DNA of 60,466 bases from Gemmatimonadaceae bacterium. GTDB lineage: Bacteria; Gemmatimonadota; Gemmatimonadetes; Gemmatimonadales; Gemmatimonadaceae. The notes beneath the pieces were generated by a model that searched no databases, was not told the DNA's origin, and saw only the letters and a list, made by a program, of their open reading frames with translations. The stretch lies in the NCBI GenBank assembly GCA_044224875.1, contig JBGAJQ010000028.1, forward strand, positions 1 through 60,466, given 5' to 3'. Made by a program: the position numbers and the translations under genes. Numbering within the stretch: position 1 is the first letter of the stretch; the number at the start of each line of letters is the position of its first letter. Below are positions 36,723 to 46,786 of the stretch, in pieces.

Positions 36723-38417
36723 TCAGCTCGCGTAGGCGCGCTGGACCAGCAGTCGATCGACCTTCGCCCGGACTTCCTTGTCCCGGTCGCTGGCGAAACC
36801 CCGCAGCACGGACATGGCGGAGTGTGTCCCGGCATCCGAAAGCGCCTGCACGGCATGCAATCGCACGCTGGTTGGCTTCCGGCTCATGAGGCTCCCCGGT
36901 TCAGCGGCTCGCTTCAGCCGCTCGATGGCCTCGGCCGTCGGCATGCTGCCTAACGCGCCGATCAACGCGGCTTGCACATCCGGATCTTCCTCCTTCTCCA
37001 GCGCCTCGATGACGCTCGGCACCGCCCGCGGGTTCCGGATCGTCCCCAACCCAATGGCCGCCTGCAGCCGCACCGCCGGTGTCTTGTCGATCAGCAACTG
37101 CTGCAGGGCATGGAGTGAGCGTGGCGTCCCCAGGCGCGACAACGCCCCCGCCGCCGCACGCCGTACGCGAGCGTCGGCATGTCGCGCGGTCATCGCTAAC
37201 TTGGTGTCCGACTCCGTGACGCCCATCTCTCCCAGCAGTTCGGCGGCGTTACGGACCACGAACCAACGGGCGTCGCCCAACAAATGCGTCAACGCCGGCA
37301 CGGCGGACGGGCAATGCGTCAGTGCCACCCTATAGGCACGACGCTCGGGCGCCGAGTCGGTGGTCACCAACAGGTCGATCAGCACATCCGAGCCGATATC
37401 TCCGGAACGGGCAAGGACGAGGATGATGTCGTCGCGGAGTTCGCGACGTCTTGGGAGCAGTTGCGCCAGACCGCGCAGAATTCCGGGCTTCATCAAGCGC
37501 CGGACCGCCACAACGATTGCCCGCTTGATGTCCGGCTGCTTCTCGTTCTCCTCGCGATGCACGAGACGCCGCGCGATCTCCACGACATCCACCCACAGGC
37601 CGTCATTCGCACGCTCCTCGGCGGCGCGCGCGATTTCCTCCATCAGCTTGGCGGCGTGCTCTGCGGCGACGGGTGCGTCGATGCGCGCGAGGAGTTGTTC
37701 CAGCTCGCGCGAGACGTTGCCGTTGGCCAGCGCTGCTTCGTAGATCCGGTTGGTGTCGTCGCCGACGTCGCGGATCACCTTGCCCCGGGCTCCGGAGGTC
37801 GCGGGCGACGGCGCCGCGTCAAACCCAGGGGGCATGTTGGACCCGACAGGCGGAGCCTTGGTCGGTGCGGGCGTCGGCAGTCGCACCGGCGCGGGCGTCG
37901 GATTCCGCACCGGCACCGAACCGATGGCGGCGATGCCTAACGGCGGAGTGCGCGCCGGACCGACCATGGCCGCGTGGCCCGCAACCGGCGTCGCCCGGCG
38001 CACGAACCCTTCCCGGCCAAAGTAGACATGGATCGTCTTCAGCCCGAGTGCCACCAGCCGCGCGTCGAAGGCTTCTCCCTCATCGCCAGGAACAGACGGT
38101 TGCACCAGCGCGCGCGCGATCCCTAGCACGTCGTTCGCGGTCGCCCCGGCCTCGAACGAAATCGCCCGCACCGAATGCCCCGCCATCCGCAACGACAACT
38201 CGCTGATCCATGGAAGCTCTTCGGGCGAAGGGCGAACGTGCGCCGCCTCTGCCACCGAGATGTTGAGCTCCGTCAGCGCCAACTCATGGGGGCGCGTGAG
38301 GGCCTGCGACAGCGCACGCCGCAGTGCGACCTTCTGCTCCTCCATCGCGTTCCCGCGATGAATGAGCATCCAGACCAGTTGGGCGAAGCTTCGAACGAAG
38401 GGTTGGGGCTGTGGCAT
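36723..38417 (-). CDS. HEAT-repeat protein
   Basis: Repeats such as DARWFVVRNAAELLGEM and DARVRRAAAGAL; Pro-rich linker. Confidence 0.85.
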   Translation of the reverse strand: MPQPQPFVRSFAQLVWMLIHRGNAMEEQKVALRRALSQALTRPHELALTELNISVAEAAHVRPSPEELPWISELSLRMAGHSVRAISFEAGATANDVLGIARALVQPSVPGDEGEAFDARLVALGLKTIHVYFGREGFVRRATPVAGHAAMVGPARTPPLGIAAIGSVPVRNPTPAPVRLPTPAPTKAPPVGSNMPPGFDAAPSPATSGARGKVIRDVGDDTNRIYEAALANGNVSRELEQLLARIDAPVAAEHAAKLMEEIARAAEERANDGLWVDVVEIARRLVHREENEKQPDIKRAIVVAVRRLMKPGILRGLAQLLPRRRELRDDIILVLARSGDIGSDVLIDLLVTTDSAPERRAYRVALTHCPSAVPALTHLLGDARWFVVRNAAELLGEMGVTESDTKLAMTARHADARVRRAAAGALSRLGTPRSLHALQQLLIDKTPAVRLQAAIGLGTIRNPRAVPSVIEALEKEEDPDVQAALIGALGSMPTAEAIERLKRAAEPGSLMSRKPTSVRLHAVQALSDAGTHSAMSVLRGFASDRDKEVRAKVDRLLVQRAYAS

Positions 38418-38591
38418 GCGAGGGTCCAGGGAGCACAAAGCGTGCCTTCACTGTCACATAGACGGATGAGGCAGGCCCCGGGAAACGCCCTTCCTTACAT
38501 TCTCTGGCTAGCTTCCCCCACAGCCGGAACGCCGGACCCACGGGTAAGTTCTGCCGAAGGTCCGCCACAAATGTCCCGCCAACATCGACCG

Positions 38592-39995
38592 ATGCGCCGA
38601 TTTACGCCGATTCTCGCCTCCGCCGCACTTGTCGCCTGCCACAGCGGCATCCCCGCCCCCATGTCGACCTCCACCACTCCGGATACGTCGTTGCTGGGCA
38701 TGGACATGCGTAGGTTGGCGGGCGACGCCTGGGAGGGACGCGGGACTGGGACCCCCGGAAACGACTCCGCCGCGATGTACATCGCCCGACGCTATCAAGC
38801 CCTCGGACTGGATGTGGTCACGGGGCCAGTCGCGCCCGTGCCACCGGGCAGCGCGGACCGTGCCGCCGCCGACGCCAAGGCCGCCGAACGCTGGAGCATT
38901 CCTGGCGCGAATACCTGCGCCGGTCGCGCCGGACGATTGCTGGAGAGCTGCGCGCGACGCTATCTACAGCCGTTCGTCGCGCGATCCATGCAGGCCGCGC
39001 ACGCCGGCTTGCCTGCCGCGTTCCAAACGCAGAACGTCGTCGCGTTCATCCCTGGCAGCGACGCCACCCTGCGTGGCCAGATCGTGGTGCTTGGGGCCCA
39101 CTTTGACCACTTGGGCCGATCGTCGTTCGGGGCACAGGATCCGGAGAAGGCGCCCGAGATCCACAACGGCGCCGACGATAACGGATCGGGAACCGTTGCG
39201 GTGATGGAGCTGGCGAGGTTGCTGAAGCGGCACCCCACCAAACGTTCGGTCGCGATCGTCAATTTCTCGGGTGAGGAGCTAGGGCTCCTTGGCTCGGCCT
39301 ACTTCGCGGATCACTCCCCATTTGCGCTGGACAGCGTGCAGGCCATGCTGAATTTCGACATGGTCGGCCGACTCCGAAACGACAAGTTGCTGGTATACGG
39401 TGTGGCCACGGCCACCGAGTTGCCGGAGGTGGTGCGCACGGCGAACAGCCAGGCGCCGCTGTTCAAGATCAGCGCGATCGGCGATGGCTTTGGCCCGTCG
39501 GACCACAGTTCGTTCTACGCCAAGAATGTCTCCGTGCTGCATTTCTTCACGGACGTCCACGAGGATTACCATCGGGTCACTGACGACGCCGACAAGATCG
39601 ATTTTGGCGGTATCGCGCGCATCGTGGCGCTCGCCGAGCGCATTACGCGTGACCTCGGCGATCGACCATCGCGCCTGACCTTTGTGAAGAGCGCTGCGCC
39701 CGTCGCCTCCAACTCTTCGCGGACCGGGCCGCAAGCGTCGCTGGGCACGATTCCGGACATGGGTGCCACCGATGTCGCCGGGATGCGCATTTCCGGAGTG
39801 CGCGGGGGATCGCCCGCCGACGTTGCCGGCATGAAGGCGGGTGACATCATCGTCGAACTCGGCGGCACTCCAGTGAAGGACCTCTACACGTACTCCGACG
39901 CCCTGTACTCGCATAGTCCGGGCGACGTGGTAACGATCGTGGTGATGCGCGGCAGTGAGCGCGTGACGTTCAAGGTGACGCTGGGGAAACGTTAG
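38592..39995 (+). CDS. M28 peptidase with C-terminal PDZ domain (lipoprotein)
   Basis: LVAC lipobox, GAHFDHLG, NGADDNGSG, GEELGLLGS, SDH, DYH; PDZ domain. Confidence 0.93.
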   Translation: MRRFTPILASAALVACHSGIPAPMSTSTTPDTSLLGMDMRRLAGDAWEGRGTGTPGNDSAAMYIARRYQALGLDVVTGPVAPVPPGSADRAAADAKAAERWSIPGANTCAGRAGRLLESCARRYLQPFVARSMQAAHAGLPAAFQTQNVVAFIPGSDATLRGQIVVLGAHFDHLGRSSFGAQDPEKAPEIHNGADDNGSGTVAVMELARLLKRHPTKRSVAIVNFSGEELGLLGSAYFADHSPFALDSVQAMLNFDMVGRLRNDKLLVYGVATATELPEVVRTANSQAPLFKISAIGDGFGPSDHSSFYAKNVSVLHFFTDVHEDYHRVTDDADKIDFGGIARIVALAERITRDLGDRPSRLTFVKSAAPVASNSSRTGPQASLGTIPDMGATDVAGMRISGVRGGSPADVAGMKAGDIIVELGGTPVKDLYTYSDALYSHSPGDVVTIVVMRGSERVTFKVTLGKR

Positions 39996-40027
39996 GCACC
40001 GCACACCGCCCTCACGCCGCTCGGGAC

Positions 40028-40930
40028 GTGGCGCTCGAGACGTGGACCAGCGCTCGGTTCACGGTCCCGCTCCCACCGGGCCACCGCTTTCCGATCGAGA
40101 AGTACGCGTTACTACGCGATGCGCTCCTGCAATCGGGCATCGTGGCGGCGAGCGACATGCACGAGCCGGAGCGCGTGGCGCGGGAAACGTTGCTGCTGGT
40201 GCACGAAGCGACCTACGTCGATCGGGTCATCGCCGGTGAGCTTCCCGCCGCCGAAATGCGGCGCATCGGGTTTCCCTGGTCACCGCTGCTCGTGGAGCGC
40301 TCCCTGCGCGCGGTGGGTGGCACCTGTGAGGCGGCCAACCGTGCCTTGGACGTAGGCGTGGCCATGAACCTCGCGGGAGGGACGCACCACGCGTTCGTCG
40401 GCCATGGCGAGGGCTTTTGCGTCTTCAATGACGTAGCCGTGGCCATACGAGAGCTCCAACGAACAGGGCGAATCCAGCGATCGGCCGTGATTGACCTGGA
40501 CGTTCACCAAGGCAACGGCACGCACGCCATCTTTCACGGGGACACAAGCGTCTTCACCTTCTCCATGCACGGTCACCGCAACTTCCCGTTCCACAAGGTG
40601 CCGGGAACGCTCGACATCGAGTTGGACGACGGTACGGACGATGCCACGTACCTGCAACGACTCTCCGACGCCCTCCCCGAGGTCCTCGCGCGGTCGTCAC
40701 CGGACCTGGTGTTGTATCTGGCGGGGGCCGACCCCCATGAAGGCGACCGCTTGGGACGACTTCGGCTGACCTTCGATGGCCTCGCTCGACGTGATGCCAT
40801 GGTACTCGAAGCCTGCCGCGACGTCGGAATCCCCGTCGCCATTGTCATCGCGGGAGGGTACGGACGAGACATCGCGTCCACCGTGGAAGTGCACCGGCGC
40901 ACGGCGCTGGTCGCCCGCGAATTCGTCTAG
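40028..40930 (+). CDS. Histone deacetylase-family protein
   Basis: GHRFPIEKY, GGTHHA, GFCVFND, DLDVHQGNGT, GADP, GGY. Confidence 0.94.
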   Translation: MALETWTSARFTVPLPPGHRFPIEKYALLRDALLQSGIVAASDMHEPERVARETLLLVHEATYVDRVIAGELPAAEMRRIGFPWSPLLVERSLRAVGGTCEAANRALDVGVAMNLAGGTHHAFVGHGEGFCVFNDVAVAIRELQRTGRIQRSAVIDLDVHQGNGTHAIFHGDTSVFTFSMHGHRNFPFHKVPGTLDIELDDGTDDATYLQRLSDALPEVLARSSPDLVLYLAGADPHEGDRLGRLRLTFDGLARRDAMVLEACRDVGIPVAIVIAGGYGRDIASTVEVHRRTALVAREFV

Positions 40931-40946
40931 CACACATATGGAGCGC

Positions 40947-40973
40947 AAAGGCGCCCCGGGATACCGAGGCGCC
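40947..40973 (-). terminator. Probable terminator between convergent genes
   Basis: Minus-strand hairpin GGCGCCTCGG-TATC-CCGGGGCGCC followed by TTT. Confidence 0.4.
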
Positions 40974-41020
40974 CTCTCGAACGATCGCGCACTCTGCGTG
41001 CGTAGCACGCGATCGACCAA

Positions 41021-41689
41021 CTACATCCGGGACATTCCGAACCCGGCGATGTGAACGTCCAGGTTGTGGTTCACACGGAGCCCGTAGAGGCCGTCCACCG
41101 ACTCCAACTTCCCTTCGCCAACCGCGGACGCGCGCGGAAACGAGAAGACCTCCGTGCCGTTCACTGAGCAGCCGACCTTGTCGGCACTGGCCCACAGCGA
41201 CACCTCGTTCGTCGCCTTTCCCGCGTCGTCCTGCTTCTTGATCGCGGCGTTTTCGGTCCAATCCATGAGGGTGTGGACGTCCGCACCAATTCGGTGCCTC
41301 ACCATCGCCTTCCCGTCACCGCGTACGACGCAGTACAGGTAGTTCTGTCCATCGCCATCCAGCTTGGTGCCGCCGAGGAATAGACCGTAGGCCTCAGGGT
41401 GCGTCGGCGCCTTGGTCTGTGTAAACGTCGCCTTCACCGCGTAATTCCCCTTTGCGACGTTCGCCGGAGTCCAGTAGATCGCCGCCGGGCCAGACGTCAC
41501 GTGGAGCGCTCCCCCCATCTCAAAGAACTTCGCGCCAGTGATCGGCTGCGCGGACTTGTCCGTCCTACCCATCCAACCCTTCACCAACACGCCGCCCTCG
41601 ACCTTCTTGTCTGGGTCAGCACCTTGGGCACGCGCCTTCACTGGAACCACCGCAAGCAACAACGCCGCAACAACCACACTCTTGTTCAT
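41021..41689 (-). CDS. Secreted beta-rich hypothetical protein
   Basis: Signal peptide ending ARA; GGAG RBS; motifs HPEAYGLF and GLRVNHNLDVH. Confidence 0.8.
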   Translation of the reverse strand: MNKSVVVAALLLAVVPVKARAQGADPDKKVEGGVLVKGWMGRTDKSAQPITGAKFFEMGGALHVTSGPAAIYWTPANVAKGNYAVKATFTQTKAPTHPEAYGLFLGGTKLDGDGQNYLYCVVRGDGKAMVRHRIGADVHTLMDWTENAAIKKQDDAGKATNEVSLWASADKVGCSVNGTEVFSFPRASAVGEGKLESVDGLYGLRVNHNLDVHIAGFGMSRM

Positions 41690-41910
41690 ACCGGCCTCCA
41701 GAGCCAAGTACCTGATGATTTCGCAACCGGACCAGCACATTAGTCGCCAAATTGCCTAGTAGCCAGACATCTTTTGACGAGACGTGCCAGCGACCGAATC
41801 AGTCGAACGAAGTGACTGGATTTTGCGCGAAGCCCGGGATACGCCGAACGCCTGGGATCGTTCCCACAGCCCCGGCCGCTGGGGTTTGACCGGCCACTAA
41901 CTTCTCGCGC

Positions 41911-42801
41911 GTGCACCCTCCGATCCCGACCCCCGATCGCTCCGGCAGCACCACGTCCACCGCGGTGCCACTGTACTGGTGCAGCTACGGCACCTCCCCT
42001 GGGCCACCCCTGCTGGTGCTGCACGGCGGCCCGGGTGCGCATCACGAGTACCTCCTTCCCCAGTTTCTCACCCTCGCGGAGCGCAACTCCCTTCTGTTGT
42101 ACGATCAGCGCGGAGGCGGCCGGTCCAAGACCGATGACCCGACGCCGATCACCTGGCGAACTCACGTGGAGGACCTTGGCAAGGTCGTGGAGGAGTTCGC
42201 CCTTGAACCCCTCACGCTGGTGGGATACTCGTGGGGCGCACTGCTGGCCGTCCTCTACTCCGTCGAATCGCGGACTGACCGGTCGCTCCGACCCCCGGCA
42301 CGGCTGGTGCTCATCGATCCCGCCCCGCTCACCCGGTCATACCGCGAACGTTTCGAAGCCGAGTTCGCCCGACGCCAGGCGGACACTCCGGTCAAACGGC
42401 TTCGGGACGAGCTTGCCGCCTCCGGGCTTCGTGAGCGGGACCCCGCGGCCTTTCGACAGCGCCAGTTTGAGCTCAGCGTCGCGGGCTACTTCGCCAAGCC
42501 AGAGCGCGCCCGCGACCTGACGCCCTTCCGCGTGACCGGTCGGGTCCAGCAGTCGGTCTGGGAGAGCCTGGGTGACTACGACCTGCTCCCGCTTCTCGGT
42601 TCGCTGGACCTGCCGACACTGATAGTGCACGGACGGAAGGACCCGATTCCGTTGGAATCGGCTGAGAAGGCGGCGCGTGCCATGAACGCCCGCTTCCTCG
42701 TCCTAGAGGCGAGTGGGCACGTCCCGTACGTCGAACAACCGGCCGCGCTCTTCTCTGCCATCACGCAGTTCCTTGAGGACACTTCGGCGCTCGCAGGGTA
42801 A
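41911..42801 (+). CDS. Alpha/beta hydrolase (proline iminopeptidase-like)
   Basis: HGGPG, DQRGGG, GYSWG, GHVPYVE. Confidence 0.92.
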   Translation: MHPPIPTPDRSGSTTSTAVPLYWCSYGTSPGPPLLVLHGGPGAHHEYLLPQFLTLAERNSLLLYDQRGGGRSKTDDPTPITWRTHVEDLGKVVEEFALEPLTLVGYSWGALLAVLYSVESRTDRSLRPPARLVLIDPAPLTRSYRERFEAEFARRQADTPVKRLRDELAASGLRERDPAAFRQRQFELSVAGYFAKPERARDLTPFRVTGRVQQSVWESLGDYDLLPLLGSLDLPTLIVHGRKDPIPLESAEKAARAMNARFLVLEASGHVPYVEQPAALFSAITQFLEDTSALAG

Positions 42802-42805
42802 TCGC

Positions 42806-43264
42806 ATGACAACGTACACCGACAGCCAGGATCTCTTCGTCACCAATGTTGCTGTCGACGGCCGCACGTATGATGTCCATCTCGTGGTGGGGCACGACGG
42901 GATCGAACACGTGGGCCATCTCTGGTTTGTGGACTCGGACTGGGACGACGACGAAGGGTTCCGCGACCACGGCGCCCTCCCCGGCCGGTCGCCTAACGAG
43001 GTGCTGGCGTCGGCACAGGCGCTGAGTGAGGCAGACCTTCTCCTGCGATATCGCCGTGCGCTCGTTGAGAAGCGCCGCTTTGTGGGACTGCGCAAGATCA
43101 CCGAAGACGTCCTCACGGACATTCGGTACCTGAACAAGGTCGCCACCTCCATGCGCGCCGGACTGCTGGCGATTGAAGAAGCCGCGGCCGAAATCGACAG
43201 CACCGAGCAGCGATTGCACGACATGATCGGCCAGCTCCGACACTTCGCCGGCGTCCCCGCGTAG
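42806..43264 (+). CDS. Hypothetical protein
   Basis: Codon usage matches neighbouring genes; sits in the operon between the hydrolase and polX. Confidence 0.75.
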   Translation: MTTYTDSQDLFVTNVAVDGRTYDVHLVVGHDGIEHVGHLWFVDSDWDDDEGFRDHGALPGRSPNEVLASAQALSEADLLLRYRRALVEKRRFVGLRKITEDVLTDIRYLNKVATSMRAGLLAIEEAAAEIDSTEQRLHDMIGQLRHFAGVPA

Positions 43265-43323
43265 TTCCCTCCGGACCGTCGGGCGCCGGCGGTCAACCAG
43301 CGAGCGTACGCTATATTGCGCGC

Positions 43324-45084
43324 GTGGAACCGCGCGCTGCCGCCATCATCTTGACGGAAATCGCCACCTTGCTCGAGCTGCGAGGTGAGCGTGCCGACAG
43401 GTCGCGCGCCCTCCGCAGCGCCGCACGCGCCCTCGTCTCGGGCGATGTCGATGCGGAAGGGGATGAGTCAAGCGCGAGCCTGATGGCGCGCGCGCGAGAG
43501 CATGGTGTGGACGAGTCGACCTTGAAAGTCCTGCACGAGATGGACGAGACGGGCGACTCGGACACACTGCACCTTTTGCGCGAGACGACTCCCGAAGGCT
43601 TGTTGGACATGCTTCGCGTTCCGGGGCTTGGCACCAAACGGATTCGGGAGATTCACGCGGGTCTGGGACTGGAGACCCTTCACGAGCTCGAACAGGCGGC
43701 GAAAGACGGACGACTCGCGGCCCTCCCTCGGTTTGGCTCGCGAGCCGCGGAGCGCATTCGCCGCGGCATCGCGTACCTTCGCGAGTCTGGCCAACCGACG
43801 CTGTATCCGCACGCATTGGCCGAGGGTAGCGCGCTCGTCGGCGTCTTGCGCACGTGGCCCGGTGTGTTGCGAGTTGAACTCGCCGGCTCACTCCGCCGCC
43901 GGTGTGAGGTGATCGGCGACCTCGACTTGGTCATTGGCGCCGACGCTCCCTCGGCGGTCAGTGCGCGGCTTTCGACCCTGCCCGGTCTGCGCGACGCGAT
44001 GGACAACGGCGGCAACGCCACCACACTGCACTTCGAGGACGGAACTCGAGCCGACATCTATTGCGTCGACCTGACCCACTTCCCGGTCGCACTGTGGCGC
44101 GCCACGGGAAGCGCCGAACATTGCGCCGACGTGTTGGCAGATTCGGAAGGCCTAACGCTAGTCGGCGACCAGTTGCGCGACGCGAGCAATCGCGCGGTGC
44201 CCGTCGAGAGCGAGGAGGCGCTTTACGAGTTGCTCGGCTTGGCGTACACGGCGCCCGAACTGCGTGAGGGTCTGGGCGAGGTGGACGCGGCGCGGCGCGA
44301 GGCCCTTCCCGAGCTGATTGACGAATCGGATATCCGCGGGGTGCTGCATTGCCACTCGGAGTACTCCGACGGCACGACGACGATCGAACAACTCGCCTTG
44401 GCGGCACGGGCGCGCGGCTGGGGGTATCTGGGCATCACGGACCACTCGCAATCGTCGTTTTATGCTGGCGGCCTGTCGCGCGACGCCGTCCTCAAGCAGC
44501 ACGACGAAATCGACCGGTTGAATGCCAGCTCCGACGGGATCCGAATCCTGAAAGGCATCGAGGCGGACATTCTCCCGGACGGTGCCATCGACTACGACGA
44601 AAACCTGCTCGAACGATTCGACTACGTCGTGGCATCGGTGCATTCGCGCTACGCCATGGACGAAGACCAGATGACGGCGCGTGTCCTGCGTGCGCTGGAC
44701 AACCCGATGGTCACGATCCTCGGGCACCCGACCGGCCGGTTGTTGCTGACGCGCGAGGGGTATGCGATCGACATCGAGGCCGTGCTTCGCCACGCAGCTG
44801 CCGTTGGGGTGGCGGTGGAACTCAACGCCGATCCGCACCGGTTGGACCTGGATTGGCGGTGGTTGCGCGTGGCACGAGAAGTTGGCGCGACGGTCGAGAT
44901 CGGGCCGGACGCTCATTCTATTGAGGGACTGGACCACATGCAGATCGGAATCGGCGTGGCTCGGAAGGGCTGGTTGTCGCGCTCGAACGTGCTGAATGCG
45001 CGAGAGGTGGAGGGTGTGTTGTCGTTTGCGAAGTCGCGCCGGCGCGGCGGAGACGTGCGGCGTGCTGCGGGAGCGGCGCGATGA
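43324..45084 (+). CDS. polX: DNA polymerase X with PHP domain
   Basis: VPGLGTK HhH, AGSLRR..EVIGDLD, TGS..H, ELREG; PHP motifs HCHS..SDG, TDHS, GHPTGR, DAH. Confidence 0.93.
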   Translation: MEPRAAAIILTEIATLLELRGERADRSRALRSAARALVSGDVDAEGDESSASLMARAREHGVDESTLKVLHEMDETGDSDTLHLLRETTPEGLLDMLRVPGLGTKRIREIHAGLGLETLHELEQAAKDGRLAALPRFGSRAAERIRRGIAYLRESGQPTLYPHALAEGSALVGVLRTWPGVLRVELAGSLRRRCEVIGDLDLVIGADAPSAVSARLSTLPGLRDAMDNGGNATTLHFEDGTRADIYCVDLTHFPVALWRATGSAEHCADVLADSEGLTLVGDQLRDASNRAVPVESEEALYELLGLAYTAPELREGLGEVDAARREALPELIDESDIRGVLHCHSEYSDGTTTIEQLALAARARGWGYLGITDHSQSSFYAGGLSRDAVLKQHDEIDRLNASSDGIRILKGIEADILPDGAIDYDENLLERFDYVVASVHSRYAMDEDQMTARVLRALDNPMVTILGHPTGRLLLTREGYAIDIEAVLRHAAAVGVAVELNADPHRLDLDWRWLRVAREVGATVEIGPDAHSIEGLDHMQIGIGVARKGWLSRSNVLNAREVEGVLSFAKSRRRGGDVRRAAGAAR

Positions 45085-46034
45085 GTGGCCGGGCCGGTGG
45101 GCGCGGGGGTGCGCGTCAGCCGCTCTCGCGGCAACGACCCGGTGCGGCCCGCAAGGCGGGTGCACCGAAGGATGGCGGTCGGAAGGCGGTGGCGGGCGGG
45201 CGGACGAAGGGCAGCGGCGGTGGAACGCGAGGCGCCGGTCGCGGGTCGGAGCCGCGGAACAAGGTGCCGCGCGCTGGGGGGCCCCCCCCAAAAACCAAGT
45301 TAGCACGCCCCGCCAAGTCTCCCACCACCAAATCCACGCCACCCGGATCTTCCCAACGCCGGCCAGGATCGTTAGGCGGTGCCGGCCCCTGGGCAGGGAA
45401 ACCACTCGCCAGCTACACCGCGGAGCTCATCCGACGTCTCACCCTCCTCTACCCCGACGCCCACTGCGAACTGGACCACACCTCCCCGTGGCAACTCATC
45501 GTCGCCACCGTGCTGTCGGCGCAAACGACCGACAAGCGTGTCAACATGGTGACACCAGACCTCTTTGCCCGGTACCCAACCCCCGCCGCCCTCGCAGCCG
45601 CGAAACAAGACGACGTTGAATCGATCATCAAGAGCACGGGCTTCTTTCGCAACAAGGCCAAGTCCATTATCGGACTCGCCAACGCTGTCACCGAACGCTT
45701 CGGCGGTCGCGTCCCCGCCACCATCGACGAACTCGTCACCCTCCCCGGCGTCGGACGAAAAACCGCCAACGTCGTCCTCGGCAACGCCTTCAACATCAAT
45801 GAAGGCGTGGTCGTGGACACGCACGTCGGTCGCCTGTCGCGCGTGCTCGGCCTAACGAGCGAGAGTGATCCCGTGAAGGTCGAGGCCGCTCTCATGCAGC
45901 TCGCTCCTCGCGATGCGTGGACTCTCCTCAGTCACCTGCTCATCTGGCACGGCCGCCGAGTCTGCGATGCCCGCAGGCCGCGCTGCGCCGAGTGCGCTTT
46001 GGCCGACATCTGCCCATCGGCACGCGTCCCCTGA
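45081..46034 (+). CDS. nth: Endonuclease III with basic N-terminal extension
   Basis: [28 protein letters not shown], Fe-S motif C-X6-C-X2-C-X5-C. Confidence 0.93.
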   Translation: MSGRAGGRGGARQPLSRQRPGAARKAGAPKDGGRKAVAGGRTKGSGGGTRGAGRGSEPRNKVPRAGGPPPKTKLARPAKSPTTKSTPPGSSQRRPGSLGGAGPWAGKPLASYTAELIRRLTLLYPDAHCELDHTSPWQLIVATVLSAQTTDKRVNMVTPDLFARYPTPAALAAAKQDDVESIIKSTGFFRNKAKSIIGLANAVTERFGGRVPATIDELVTLPGVGRKTANVVLGNAFNINEGVVVDTHVGRLSRVLGLTSESDPVKVEAALMQLAPRDAWTLLSHLLIWHGRRVCDARRPRCAECALADICPSARVP

Positions 46035-46074
46035 CCCTCGCTATATTCTCCACCTCACCCTTCCCTTCGCCCCC

Positions 46075-46533
46075 ATGAAGACTGCTACGATCGAAACGTC
46101 GCGCGGCACCATCACCGTGGAGCTGTACGACGCCGAAGCGCCCAATACCGTGGCCAACTTCGAAAAGCTCGCCAACAGCGGGTACTACGACGGCACCAAG
46201 TTCCATCGCGTCATTCCGGGCTTCGTCGTGCAGGGTGGCGATCCCTACTCCAAGGGCGGCGAACACGCCAAGGGTCCCGTGGGTACCGGCGGTCCGGGCT
46301 GGACGATCAAGTGCGAGACCAAGGGCAATCCCAAAAAGCACGAACTGGGGGCCATGTCCATGGCCCACGCTGGAAAGGACACCGGCGGCAGCCAGTTCTT
46401 CCTTGTACTCGACCCGAACAACTGCAAGCACCTGGACGGCGTCCACACCGTGTTCGGGAAAATCACCCAAGGCCTCGACGTCCTGAAGCAAATCAAGCAG
46501 AATGATGCCATGACGTCGGCACGCGTCAGCTAA
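46075..46533 (+). CDS. Cyclophilin-type peptidyl-prolyl isomerase
   Basis: [40 protein letters not shown]. Confidence 0.95.
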   Translation: MKTATIETSRGTITVELYDAEAPNTVANFEKLANSGYYDGTKFHRVIPGFVVQGGDPYSKGGEHAKGPVGTGGPGWTIKCETKGNPKKHELGAMSMAHAGKDTGGSQFFLVLDPNNCKHLDGVHTVFGKITQGLDVLKQIKQNDAMTSARVS

Positions 46534-46558
46534 CCTCGTTCACACCGGAGCCAGACCC

Positions 46559-46711
46559 ATGTCGCAGTCGCACGGAACAGACAAGAAGGCGGCCCTCACC
46601 GGACTGGTCGTCACCGCCGTCCTGTTGTTCCTCATGGCCTTCACGATCGTGGAGCTCACGAACAAGATGTACGCCGGAGAAAAGGCCGAGCACGCGAGCG
46701 AGTCCAAGTAG
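46559..46711 (+). CDS. 50-aa single-TM small protein (not in the ORF track)
   Basis: GGAG RBS; MSQSHGTDKKAALTGLVVTAVLLFLMAFTIVELTNKMYAGEKAEHASESK; followed by a hairpin. Confidence 0.75.
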   Translation: MSQSHGTDKKAALTGLVVTAVLLFLMAFTIVELTNKMYAGEKAEHASESK

Positions 46712-46734
46712 CCACACATCGTCCATAAACGCGT

Positions 46735-46766
46735 CGGGGCGCGCATCTCGCATGCGCGCCCCGTTT
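46735..46766 (+). terminator. Terminator hairpin between convergent genes
   Basis: CGGGGCGCGCAT-CTCGC-ATGCGCGCCCCG followed by TTT. Confidence 0.6.
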
Positions 46767-46786
46767 GCGTGTGCCCACTAGAGGGG

